Below, piece after piece: positions 54,518 through 63,126 of a stretch of DNA of 64,000 nucleotides. This stretch comes from an uncultured Candidatus Saccharibacteria bacterium (GTDB lineage Bacteria; Patescibacteriota; Saccharimonadia; Saccharimonadales; Saccharimonadaceae): NCBI GenBank assembly GCA_946527885.1, contig CAMMYO010000001.1, positions 578 to 64,577 of the forward strand, read 5' to 3'. Numbering within the stretch: the first letter of the stretch is position 1; each line of letters begins with the position of its first letter. The position numbers and the translations under genes are program-made. Below the pieces are notes generated by a model, which saw nothing but the letters and a program-made list of their open reading frames with translations, was not told where the DNA came from and did no database searches.

Positions 54518-56053
54518 TCACAAGTTCTCTCTCTGATATAGCACGACTTGATAGTTTGCGCCGTTATCGTCGAGTTTCATGTCGGAATAAGTCACGACCT
54601 CCCAGCCTTCGCGCGGGAATTCCGCAACTTTGCCATTTTGATCTTTTGCAACAATGAGCATTTTGTTGTGCGATTCGGCGAATTTATCAAAATCGTCAAT
54701 CTTGCCGAAATAAGTCTCTTTCAGCGGCAGATGCGCGCCCCAAGGATATTCCTGAACTTCATCCATAAAATAGACCTTATTAAGCGTGCCAGAGTAGAAC
54801 GATAGGTCGAAATACATTTCCAAGTCGTTTGCAATAACTGGTGCTTCGCTATCGATTACGGCGATATTTTCATAAAATTCGCGTGCGGTCGGCTTGCCGT
54901 GGGTGTAGAAATTTAGATTGCCGTTTTTGTAGACGTTAGCTACGCCGAAAATCGCCACAACAAACATAACGGCGATTGCTCCGCCATAAATCAAAGCATA
55001 CTTTTTGCGCTTTGCAACTTTTTTGAACTTATGCTTGGCGGAAAGTTCGTTAATCAGCGATACTATGCCTACGCTCGGCAGCAAAGTCATGCTTAGCATT
55101 GCGTAGATAATATAGCGCGGCATGAAAACTGGCTGGAGCGGTGGCATAGATAGCAAGAGAAGTATCCCGAGCGGAACAAAAGCTAGTAAACTTAGTAGCT
55201 TTACTTTTTTGTGCGTTTTTATAAAAATTGCAAGCACCGTAATCAAATCAATAATCGATAAAATCAAAAACCAATTTTCTGTCTTGTATGCTTGGAGATA
55301 CAATCTTGCTTCAGTCCAAAAACCAGCTAACGTTTCGATGCTGGTTGCGCCAATCCAAAAGCCGCCTTCGACGGACTTGGTTTGGGCGTACAAGCTTGGC
55401 AGCCATGGCAAGAAAAGGACAACTGCTAAGACATAGGTCAAAATGATTTTTTTCGAAAAGATTTTCTTCTTATAGACAAAGCATAGATAAACAAGATGTG
55501 CGACCCAGGCAAGCGCCGTAAAATATTGCGTCCACATACCTAGCGCAATCAAAAATGCGTATAGTACCCACCACTTCTTCTCGCGATTATCGATGGCGAG
55601 TTGAAGGACATAAGTTGCGCTAAAAACAATGAAGGCGACTAATGTATACATGCGCATCTCCTGGCCGTAACGAATCAGCTCTGGCGAAAGCGCGAGCATG
55701 AGACTGCCAAAGATTGCGGCGCGTGCTCCGTATTTATACTTGAGCCAAAGAAATGCGGCAACGATTGCACAGGCGCCAAAAACCGCCGACATTCCGCGCA
55801 TTGCAAAATCGGTATGCCCGAAAAAATGTGCCCAAATTTTCAGCAAAAAGTAATAGACTGGCGGATGTACGTCCGCGGAGGTAAAATGCCAGATTTTCCC
55901 AAAGTCAAAATGCGTCAAATAGGCGCTGTAGGATTCGTCATACCAAATCGATTGGCGAATATTAGCAAAACAGAGTATTAAATATAGCGCACCGATTAGC
56001 GCTGGCGCCAAGATGCAGATAATTCGACGGCGCTTTTGAAGAAAATCTTTCAT
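54518..56053 (-). CDS. GT39/ArnT-PMT-like membrane glycosyltransferase
   Basis: 511 aa with 10 or more TM helices. N-terminal WYDESYSAYL...HPPVYYFLLKIW motif. Ends in TGA-T 41 nt before the tRNA-Pro gene. Confidence 0.7.
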   Translation of the reverse strand: MKDFLQKRRRIICILAPALIGALYLILCFANIRQSIWYDESYSAYLTHFDFGKIWHFTSADVHPPVYYFLLKIWAHFFGHTDFAMRGMSAVFGACAIVAAFLWLKYKYGARAAIFGSLMLALSPELIRYGQEMRMYTLVAFIVFSATYVLQLAIDNREKKWWVLYAFLIALGMWTQYFTALAWVAHLVYLCFVYKKKIFSKKIILTYVLAVVLFLPWLPSLYAQTKSVEGGFWIGATSIETLAGFWTEARLYLQAYKTENWFLILSIIDLITVLAIFIKTHKKVKLLSLLAFVPLGILLLLSMPPLQPVFMPRYIIYAMLSMTLLPSVGIVSLINELSAKHKFKKVAKRKKYALIYGGAIAVMFVVAIFGVANVYKNGNLNFYTHGKPTAREFYENIAVIDSEAPVIANDLEMYFDLSFYSGTLNKVYFMDEVQEYPWGAHLPLKETYFGKIDDFDKFAESHNKMLIVAKDQNGKVAEFPREGWEVVTYSDMKLDDNGANYQVVLYQRENL

Positions 56054-56093
56054 ATTCCAATTTTACCATAGTTATGGTATAATTAATCTCATC

Positions 56094-56169
56094 CGGGGTT
56101 TGGCGCAGTTGGTAGCGCGCGCGCTTTGGGAGCGCGAGGTCAGCAGTTCGAGCCTGCTAACCCCGACCA
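56094..56169 (+). tRNA. tRNA-Pro (anticodon UGG), CCA encoded
   Basis: CGGGGTTTGGCGCAGTTGGTAGCGCGCGCGCTTTGGGAGCGCGAGGTCAGCAGTTCGAGCCTGCTAACCCCGACCA, followed by a GAGCC/GGCTC hairpin and a T-tract. Confidence 0.9.
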
Positions 56170-56202
56170 CAAAAGAGCCTAAAGGGCTCATTTTTGTTTG
56201 TA

Positions 56203-56231
56203 TTGACTATTTGAAGCAAATATGGTATAAT
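56203..56231 (+). promoter_or_regulatory. consensus promoter TTGACT-17-TATAAT (with TGn) for the RelA/SpoT-domain gene
   Basis: TTGACT 56203-56208, 17-nt spacer ending in TGG, TATAAT 56226-56231. The leader contains a 9-bp hairpin capped by UUCG (56236-56257). Confidence 0.6.
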
Positions 56232-56304
56232 TAGAACGATTGGCTTCGGCTAGTCGTATCTTACCACTTTTACTGTGTTCCATCTTTAAGGAGGGGTCGA
56301 AAGA

Positions 56305-57003
56305 ATGGATGAAAAAGAAGCAATCGTTGCAGAAGCTGCGGGAGAAATCCAGATCACAGAAGAAGAATACCGTTACTTTACCGTACCGTACATTATGGCT
56401 CAGGGAGTAGTCGGCGCACAGCTGCAAAACAGTGCTATCACGCTCAATGAAATAGCAAACAGAGAGCGCGGATGCTCGATCGTCAGCAAAATCATCGGGC
56501 GTCATGGGCCCAAGAAGTACTCATCGGCTATCGGGAAACTTCAGAAAAAGGGACGTCCTTGCACGCTTGAGGGAGCTTCTACGCTCAACGATATAGCCGG
56601 GCTGCGAGTGATCGTAGCCTATGAGGACGACATTCAGACAGTGGTCGATGAGATTCTCGATTTGTACCCGGACGCGGAGGTCAAAAACTTCCTCCCCGAG
56701 GGCAAAAAGCTCTCTGGCTATCGCGGAATTCACGTGATTGTTATGGCGAAAATTGTCGTCGACAACGAAATCTTGTATATCCCTGTAGAAATTCAGGTCA
56801 TGACACCCTTGATGAGCGATTGGTCGCTCAGGCAGCATGATGACTACAAGGGCTTGACGGCTGACAAGGAAATCGGAGCATTTTTCCGCAAACTGTCGAA
56901 ACACTATGTGGAAATTGAAAAAATTCGCATGGCACTCCGCGAGTATGGCGTATTTCTCGTCAATAAAAACGATGAAGACTTCCACGTATACTATTCGGAC
57001 TAA
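56305..57003 (+). CDS. stand-alone RelA/SpoT-domain small alarmone synthetase-like protein
   Basis: DIAGLRVIV, SGYRGIHVIV, VEIQVMTPLMSDWSLRQHDDYKG. AAGGAGG Shine-Dalgarno. Confidence 0.75.
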   Translation: MDEKEAIVAEAAGEIQITEEEYRYFTVPYIMAQGVVGAQLQNSAITLNEIANRERGCSIVSKIIGRHGPKKYSSAIGKLQKKGRPCTLEGASTLNDIAGLRVIVAYEDDIQTVVDEILDLYPDAEVKNFLPEGKKLSGYRGIHVIVMAKIVVDNEILYIPVEIQVMTPLMSDWSLRQHDDYKGLTADKEIGAFFRKLSKHYVEIEKIRMALREYGVFLVNKNDEDFHVYYSD

Positions 57004-57024
57004 TAGCTTCTCGCACATTATCCT

Positions 57025-57053
57025 ATGCCTCGGGGTTTACCCGGGGCATTTTT
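57025..57053 (+). terminator. intrinsic terminator
   Basis: 10-bp stem ATGCCTCGGG / CCCGGGGCAT (one U.G pair), loop gttta, then a T-tract. Confidence 0.65.
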
Positions 57054-57275
57054 ATGCCGCAAAGATTTCGAGCGGAATCCTAGATTTACGCTCGAAATTC
57101 TAGCCCTATGCAAAAAGTCCATTAAAAATTGACGTTTTGCCTTCTTTGGAATATATGGCATAGTCGCTTCACGTCCCCTCGATTACGACATATTTTCTCA
57201 GGAAGACAAATCGTCAATTTTTGTTTGACAATCTCCATAAGAGCGGAATTGCCAGTAGAGATCTCGCCTCGAGAA

Positions 57276-57905
57276 TTAAATCTCTATAGTCTCACCAATC
57301 TTTAGCGCGCGGAAATCCTTACCGCTTTCGGCGCAGATTTTTCCAAGCCAGTTATTTGAGATGTTCTTGCCGAGTTCTGACAATACAGCGTCATGGCAGG
57401 GGATGATAATCTTCGCGTCGCATTTGCTCGCATAATCACATGCTTCAAAAGTTTTCAGCCATGGTGCAGCATTTGCGAGCGCAATCGCCTCGCAGCTGCG
57501 TGGCGGCGTATCTAGGGAGTCTCCCAAATGAGCGAATATTCCGTCAACCAAAACGCCTATATTTTGGCACGGAATCTGGCCAGGAATAATTTCTGCGTGG
57601 CTGATACTAAAGAATTCGAGCTCAAATTCGCCAACGACTTCGCGGTCACCGTACTTGACTGCCTTTGCGTCAGGGAGCGCCTCGATGTTATCAAATGTAG
57701 TAAAAATTACAACACCAGGATTCGCCGCCCGCAAACGTTCGATAACTGCAGGCTGACAATGATCGCTATGTTTATGAGTAATAACGATGGCGTCAAGATT
57801 GCTCACAATCGGTACCTGCGCCTCAAATTCGACTGGGTCAATTGCAATGCTGCGCCCATTCTTTTCGACAAAGAATCCTGAATGCTCTAATTTCGTAATC
57901 TTCAT
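57276..57905 (-). CDS. MBL-fold metallo-hydrolase
   Basis: 209 aa. ITHKHSDHC (HxHxDH) motif. Confidence 0.75.
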   Translation of the reverse strand: MKITKLEHSGFFVEKNGRSIAIDPVEFEAQVPIVSNLDAIVITHKHSDHCQPAVIERLRAANPGVVIFTTFDNIEALPDAKAVKYGDREVVGEFELEFFSISHAEIIPGQIPCQNIGVLVDGIFAHLGDSLDTPPRSCEAIALANAAPWLKTFEACDYASKCDAKIIIPCHDAVLSELGKNISNNWLGKICAESGKDFRALKIGETIEI

Positions 57906-57991
57906 ATCTCTATTCTACAATATGTCTCAGGTGTTATACTAAATAGAGATGCGGGCAAAAGGCCCGCTCAAAAGTTTGATAGGAGTGAAAA

Positions 57992-59875
57992 GTGCCAGAG
58001 TACAAGAAAAGTGCGGGTAAGAAACCGCAGAAGCCGAATAAAGTTGCGAATATCCTACGTCTAGCAGTTTTTTGGTTTATTATTTTTGGAATTGCCGCGA
58101 TTGCGTTCGGCAGTTTCAGCAATAATGTTATCTACGAAGAGAAAAGCTTGAGCGAGGTTCTCGCTTTGGCGAAAGATGAAAAAATTGATTCTATTACGGT
58201 TCGCGGCAACGAACTTATGGTAACCCCGCGCGAAGGAACTGATTTGAAATTGATTCGTTCCCGCAAGGAAAGCGGTAGCAGCTTGCAAGAGCAGGGCTTT
58301 GCAGAGCTCGTCGACAAGGGTGTTATAAAACTTTCCGTCGAGGAAGCGGCCGATATTTGGGGCAACATTCTTGACGCCGCGTTGGTTATTTTGCCGACCA
58401 TTTTGATCATAGGCTTCTTGATTTACATGACTCGCCAGGCACAGAGTATGAACAATCAGTCGATGGGCTTCGGCAAAGCGAAAGCTCGTCTCTATGGCAA
58501 CGAAAAGAAGAAAGTTCTCTTTGAAGATGTAGCGGGTAACGAAGCTGCCAAGCAGGACCTTTCCGAAATTGTCGATTTCTTGAAGAATCCGAAAAAGTAC
58601 GAAAAACTCGGCGCAAAGATTCCGCGCGGCGTTTTGCTTGCTGGCGATCCGGGTACTGGTAAAACTTTGATGGCGCGCGCCGTTGCTGGCGAGGCCGGTG
58701 TTCCTTTCTTCTCGATCTCGGGTTCCGAATTCGCCGAAATGTTCGTCGGCGTCGGTGCTTCTCGCGTACGTGACTTGTTTAGCAAGGCAAAGAAAAATGC
58801 CCCAAGTATCATCTTTATTGATGAGATTGATGCAGTTGCACACAAACGCGATGCTCGTGGTGGCGCCGGCCGCGAAGATGAGCAGACACTCAATCAGATT
58901 TTGGTCGAGATGGATGGTTTCGAAAACGAAACTGGCGTGATTGTGATTGCTGCGACGAACCGCATCGATATGCTCGACAAAGCGCTTTTGCGCCCAGGCC
59001 GTTTCGATCGTCATGTTAATGTGACTTTGCCAGAGCGCAAGGACCGCATCGAAATCCTGAAAGTTCACTTCAAAAATAAGCCGACCGAGGACGACGTTGA
59101 CCTAGATGCGCTCGCTGCCAAGACTGCCGGTAGTAGCGGCGCCGATCTTGCGAATATTGCTAACGAAGCCGCAATTGCCGCTGCTCGCAACAATCGCAAA
59201 GCAATTACGAACAAAGATCTTACTGAGGCATTTGAGCGCATTGCGATTGGTCCGGAGCGCAAGTCGAAAGTCATGAATGATCATGAGCGTAAACTTACCG
59301 CCTACCATGAAGCCGGTCATGCAATTGTTGGCCATGTCTTGCCGGATTCCGATCCAGTGCACAAGGTCACGATTATTCCGCGCGGACGCACTGGTGGCGT
59401 AACTTGGTTCTTGCCGCCAGAGGACCGCAGCTACAAGAACGTCTACGAGCTTAAAGATGTTCTTGCGCGCGCCATGGGCGGTCGCGTAGCTGAACGCTTG
59501 ATGTTTGGCGAAGATGGCATTACGACTGGCGCCAGCTCCGACTTGCAGCATGTCGCTCAGCTCTCTCGCGAAATGGTTACAGAGGAGGGTATGGGCGCTA
59601 AACTCCGCGACCAGGTTTTCAATTCGGACGAAGTAAATTTCTTTGGCGACCGTGCTAAAATTTATTCTGAGAAGACATCCGAAATCATCGATGCCGAGAT
59701 TGAAGCTCTCAATAAAGAAGCTGACGCTCGTGCTGAAGCGGTTCTGAAAGCCAACAAGAAACTTCTCGACAAGCTCGCCGAAGCGCTAATCGAGAAAGAA
59801 ACACTCGAGGCAGAAGAAGTTAAAGACATTTTGAAGGGTTCGACCTTGCCGGACGCTGCAAAACTACACGAATAA
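57992..59875 (+). CDS. ftsH: ATP-dependent zinc metalloprotease FtsH
   Basis: GTG start after [28 protein letters not shown], second region of homology, HEAGHAIVG. Confidence 0.95.
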   Translation: MPEYKKSAGKKPQKPNKVANILRLAVFWFIIFGIAAIAFGSFSNNVIYEEKSLSEVLALAKDEKIDSITVRGNELMVTPREGTDLKLIRSRKESGSSLQEQGFAELVDKGVIKLSVEEAADIWGNILDAALVILPTILIIGFLIYMTRQAQSMNNQSMGFGKAKARLYGNEKKKVLFEDVAGNEAAKQDLSEIVDFLKNPKKYEKLGAKIPRGVLLAGDPGTGKTLMARAVAGEAGVPFFSISGSEFAEMFVGVGASRVRDLFSKAKKNAPSIIFIDEIDAVAHKRDARGGAGREDEQTLNQILVEMDGFENETGVIVIAATNRIDMLDKALLRPGRFDRHVNVTLPERKDRIEILKVHFKNKPTEDDVDLDALAAKTAGSSGADLANIANEAAIAAARNNRKAITNKDLTEAFERIAIGPERKSKVMNDHERKLTAYHEAGHAIVGHVLPDSDPVHKVTIIPRGRTGGVTWFLPPEDRSYKNVYELKDVLARAMGGRVAERLMFGEDGITTGASSDLQHVAQLSREMVTEEGMGAKLRDQVFNSDEVNFFGDRAKIYSEKTSEIIDAEIEALNKEADARAEAVLKANKKLLDKLAEALIEKETLEAEEVKDILKGSTLPDAAKLHE

Positions 59876-59893
59876 AATAAAAAGAAGAAGGTT

Positions 59894-61543
59894 ATGGCAC
59901 GCAAAAAAATACATTTTCGTTCAGTCGTATCTCTAGCAAGCTCAAAGTTATCGGTTAAGATGGCCGCTATTGTGCTTGCCAGCTCGACTTTGTTGTCGGC
60001 ATTGCTGGGCATTTATCGCGATTCGCGCTTGAATGATATGTATTACACGTCGTATCCAGCCGGCATTGACGCCTATACTGTAGCTTTTACGGTGCCGGAT
60101 TTCCTCTTCTTTATTATTACGTCTGGCGCCTTGGCGGTTACTTTTGTGCCAATTTTTAACCAGCGCTTAGTAAGTGGCAATAAGAAATCTGCCTGGGAGC
60201 TAAGCACGAGCACGCTTAATCTTCTGGCCCTAATTAGCCTCGTGGCCTCGATCTTGATTATGATTTTTGCCGATCCGCTCGTGCACATGATTGCGCCGGG
60301 TTTGAATGAGCAGTCAATGTCATTGGCAATTAATATGATGCGCGTGATTGCGATTAATCCGTTCTTGTTCTCGATTTCGACGGTGATTTCTAGCATGCAA
60401 CAGGCGGTCGGTCGCTTCATCTTCTATTCGTTGGCGCCGGCTCTCTATAATATCGGTATTATCGTTGGTATTCTAGGTTTTACGCACGGTATCAATATCT
60501 TTGGTGTTCAGATTTTCGAAGGCGGCATCATGGGCGTTGCGCTTGGTGTGGTCTTTGGTGCATTGTTGCAGCTGATTGTTGGCATTATCGGTCTGTTCGG
60601 CTTGGGCTTTGATTATGAGTTCAAGATTTACTGGAAGAATCAAGGCTTTCGTACGGTTTTTCGCCTCTTGCCGATTCGCTCCATCGATCAGGGCATCGAT
60701 TATGTCATGAGTATGATTAATACGAACTTGGCTAGCCGTATGGGAGAGCAATCGATTCGCGCTTACCAGCAGGCAAGCTCGCTCCACTCGATGCCGGTAA
60801 ACCTGGTCGGCGTAGCAATCTCGACTGCCTTCTTCCCGCAACTCAGTGAAGATGTGGCGCGCAATGATGAAAAAGCTTTTCGCAACACTTTTTGTACAGC
60901 CCTGCGCACAATTGTTTGTATCTCGTTGCCGATTGCGACGATTGCGTTTTTCGCGCGCGGCTATGTAGTTAGCTTCATCAAGCGCGGCGGCGACCCGAAG
61001 ATTGCGAGTGTGCTCGGTTCGTTTGTTGTGGCGATTTTCTGTCAATCAGTCTTCCATATTGCGTCGCGCGGTTTTTACGCTAAGCACAATACAAAGACGC
61101 CTTTGACAATTTCGGCAATTGCCTTCGTGATTCAGGTAATTTGCGCGGTTGGCTTGAGTATGATTGGCTTCGGTCCTGAAGGGTTGGCCTACGCCACAAG
61201 CATCAGCGCCTTTTCGGAGGTAGCCATGCTCCTAATTGCACAGCATCGTGATATGGAGAACCGCCTGTTTGACAAAAAGTTCTGGAATTCGATGTTTAAG
61301 GTAATGATTGCATCGGCGATCGCTGGCATAATTAGTTGGTGCTTGACCAAGCTTTTGCCGCTTCGTGTTGGTGACAATACCTTCTTTGTGGTCTTCCCGA
61401 AGTTCGTAGTGATCGCCGGCGTGAGTATGCTTTCTTATGTCGGTATTTGCTATGCTTTCGGTATCGAAGAAATTAAGCCGATCATTCAGCGCTTTACGAA
61501 ATTCTTGTTCCGCAATACGGCTACGCCAAGCAATAAGAAATAA
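59894..61543 (+). CDS. murJ: lipid II flippase MurJ
   Basis: 549 aa with 14 TM helices. N-terminal LGIYRDSRLN...AYTVAFTVPDFLF pattern. Confidence 0.8.
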   Translation: MARKKIHFRSVVSLASSKLSVKMAAIVLASSTLLSALLGIYRDSRLNDMYYTSYPAGIDAYTVAFTVPDFLFFIITSGALAVTFVPIFNQRLVSGNKKSAWELSTSTLNLLALISLVASILIMIFADPLVHMIAPGLNEQSMSLAINMMRVIAINPFLFSISTVISSMQQAVGRFIFYSLAPALYNIGIIVGILGFTHGINIFGVQIFEGGIMGVALGVVFGALLQLIVGIIGLFGLGFDYEFKIYWKNQGFRTVFRLLPIRSIDQGIDYVMSMINTNLASRMGEQSIRAYQQASSLHSMPVNLVGVAISTAFFPQLSEDVARNDEKAFRNTFCTALRTIVCISLPIATIAFFARGYVVSFIKRGGDPKIASVLGSFVVAIFCQSVFHIASRGFYAKHNTKTPLTISAIAFVIQVICAVGLSMIGFGPEGLAYATSISAFSEVAMLLIAQHRDMENRLFDKKFWNSMFKVMIASAIAGIISWCLTKLLPLRVGDNTFFVVFPKFVVIAGVSMLSYVGICYAFGIEEIKPIIQRFTKFLFRNTATPSNKK

Positions 61544-61550
61544 AAACATC

Positions 61551-61579
61551 AAAAAAGACCTCCGCATGGAGGCCTTTTT
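61551..61579. terminator. bidirectional intrinsic terminator
   Basis: AAAAAA-GA-CCTCC-gcat-GGAGG-CC-TTTTT between convergent murJ and the YtxH-like gene. Confidence 0.65.
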
Positions 61580-61584
61580 GTTAG

Positions 61585-61920
61585 CTATTTGTCGCCGTCG
61601 ATAGTGTCTTCAATTTTTTCGACAATTTCCTTGGCGGTGCCTTTGTCTTTTTTGAAGAACTTCTTGCCGGATTCTGCTGCCTTATCGGCAACCTCTTTTA
61701 CTTTCTTGCCTGCATCTTCGCTAGCGTCTTTGACTTTTTTAGCGCCTTTTTTGCTAGCTTCCTTGATGTCTTGGCGAGTTTCCTTGCCGGACTTTGGTGC
61801 CATGACGATGCCGGCAATCGCGCCAGCTACCGCGCCAAGCGCAGCGCCGAGAAAGAACTTGCCGCCGTCATTCTTATCGCATTTGCAATCGCCCTTGCAG
61901 TCGCATTTTTTGTCGCTCAT
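61585..61920 (-). CDS. YtxH-domain protein with a Cys-rich N-terminus
   Basis: GAALGAVAGAIAGIVMAPKSGKETRQDIKE, preceded by MSDKKCDCKGDCKCDK. Confidence 0.65.
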   Translation of the reverse strand: MSDKKCDCKGDCKCDKNDGGKFFLGAALGAVAGAIAGIVMAPKSGKETRQDIKEASKKGAKKVKDASEDAGKKVKEVADKAAESGKKFFKKDKGTAKEIVEKIEDTIDGDK

Positions 61921-61922
61921 TT

Positions 61923-62252
61923 TTACTCCTTTTCTTCTTTAGTCTCGTTGCTGTCGGCCGCCGCCTCGGTTTCTACCTTGCGTTTGGTAGTTTTGCGACG
62001 AGTGCTACGGCGCGATTTACTATCCATGTAATTGTCGACGAAGTATCGCACGAGACCGCCCACGGTCGTAAAATCGCGGACGTTCTCGGCAATATCGCCA
62101 GCCGTTTCGGCAATATTCTGACCTTGCACTACAATCTTTTTCGCTTCTTTAGTGACGCGAATCAAGCAAATGAGCAAGATGATTCCGACCACGAGAAAGA
62201 TGAAGAGTGTGATTGATAGAATAAATACTAAAATCCAGGCAGGCGTTTCCAT
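61923..62252 (-). CDS. DUF948-like membrane-anchored protein
   Basis: An N-terminal TM helix, then a helical region (TKEAKKIVVQGQNIAETAGDIAENV) and a basic tail. Confidence 0.5.
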   Translation of the reverse strand: METPAWILVFILSITLFIFLVVGIILLICLIRVTKEAKKIVVQGQNIAETAGDIAENVRDFTTVGGLVRYFVDNYMDSKSRRSTRRKTTKRKVETEAAADSNETKEEKE

Positions 62253-62258
62253 ATATTA

Positions 62259-63104
62259 CTAATCCTGTTGAAGTTTCATGAATTCTTGGTAAGCAGCGTA
62301 GAAGTTGGCTGGATCGCCAGTGGTGAGCCACTTGCCCTTGCTGTTCGTAACGATAACATCGCCGGACTTAGCAAGCTTAGTAATTGCATCGACGGTCCAG
62401 AGCTCGTTGTCGAGACCGGTGTTGGCTGGCTCGAGATGTGCGAATACCTCTGGGGTCAAGAGATAGCGACCATAAGAAGTCAAGTTTGAAGGAGAATCTT
62501 CTGGCTTGGCTGGCTTTTCGACGATATGGCTCAAAGTGCGCTTCTTGTCGTCCTTAAGAGCGATCATGCCATACTTCTTCCAAACTTCTTTTGGCATTTC
62601 CTGTGCGGTAATAACTGCCTTAGCTTCTGGGTTGGCTGCATAGGTTTCGATCAAAGTCTTAACATCGCCTTCGCCAAAGATAAGGTCATCGCTATAAAGA
62701 GCCAAGAAAGCTTCGTCGTCCTTCAAATATGGCTTTGCGCTAGCAATTGGGGAACCGTTACCGTATGGCAATTCTGGATCCTGCTCGATAACCGTGATAT
62801 CGGCAATGTCGAGAACTTCGCGAACGCTCTCAAAGCGATCAAGCTTGTTCTGAGAAGCGAGCTGCTTGTAAATCTTCTCGCATGGATTATTGAAGTAATC
62901 TTCATAGATTGGCTTACCTTCGTGAGTGGCAACGATGATAATTTCTTTGATACCACCGGCAACACATTCCTCGACAACATACTGCATGATTGGCTTAGGA
63001 CCAAGTGGTAACATTGCTTTTGGAATCGTCTTGGTGATTGGCAGGAAGCGGCTCGCAAAACCTGCATCTGTGATTACTGCTTTCGTTGGCATTTTGTAGG
63101 ACAT
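62259..63104 (-). CDS. galU: UTP--glucose-1-phosphate uridylyltransferase
   Basis: KAVITDAGFASRFLPITKTIPKAMLPLGPKPIMQYVVEE. Confidence 0.9.
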   Translation of the reverse strand: MSYKMPTKAVITDAGFASRFLPITKTIPKAMLPLGPKPIMQYVVEECVAGGIKEIIIVATHEGKPIYEDYFNNPCEKIYKQLASQNKLDRFESVREVLDIADITVIEQDPELPYGNGSPIASAKPYLKDDEAFLALYSDDLIFGEGDVKTLIETYAANPEAKAVITAQEMPKEVWKKYGMIALKDDKKRTLSHIVEKPAKPEDSPSNLTSYGRYLLTPEVFAHLEPANTGLDNELWTVDAITKLAKSGDVIVTNSKGKWLTTGDPANFYAAYQEFMKLQQD

Positions 63105-63126
63105 TTTTCTTCTCCTTATCCCTTAT

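Noticed and set aside
531-54520. Genome-wide reassignment of TGA (genetic code 4, TGA=Trp, or code 25, TGA=Gly, as in Gracilibacteria/Absconditabacteria)
   Set aside because: TGA ends at least seven solid genes. Two of these stops sit in ATGA start/stop overlaps. One lies 41 nt before a tRNA gene, and one would read ~85 out-of-frame codons across the next gene if decoded. Very long ORFs (1304 aa, 1473 aa, ftsH, recA, pilB) contain no TGA at all, which is not what a recoded genome looks like. The anomaly is restricted to two genes.
57129-57157. Promoter-like TTGACG-17-TATATG in the gene-free region after the RelA/SpoT gene
   Set aside because: The -10 hexamer lacks the invariant final T. Nothing recognisable lies downstream except the antisense of the MBL-fold gene. 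It is too weak to call.
58061-59068. 335-aa ORF on the minus strand (with further ORFs at 58492-58893 and 59102-59551)
   Set aside because: It lies entirely antisense to ftsH, whose identity is unambiguous. The product is Arg/Asn/Phe-rich with no motifs, as expected for a shadow ORF.
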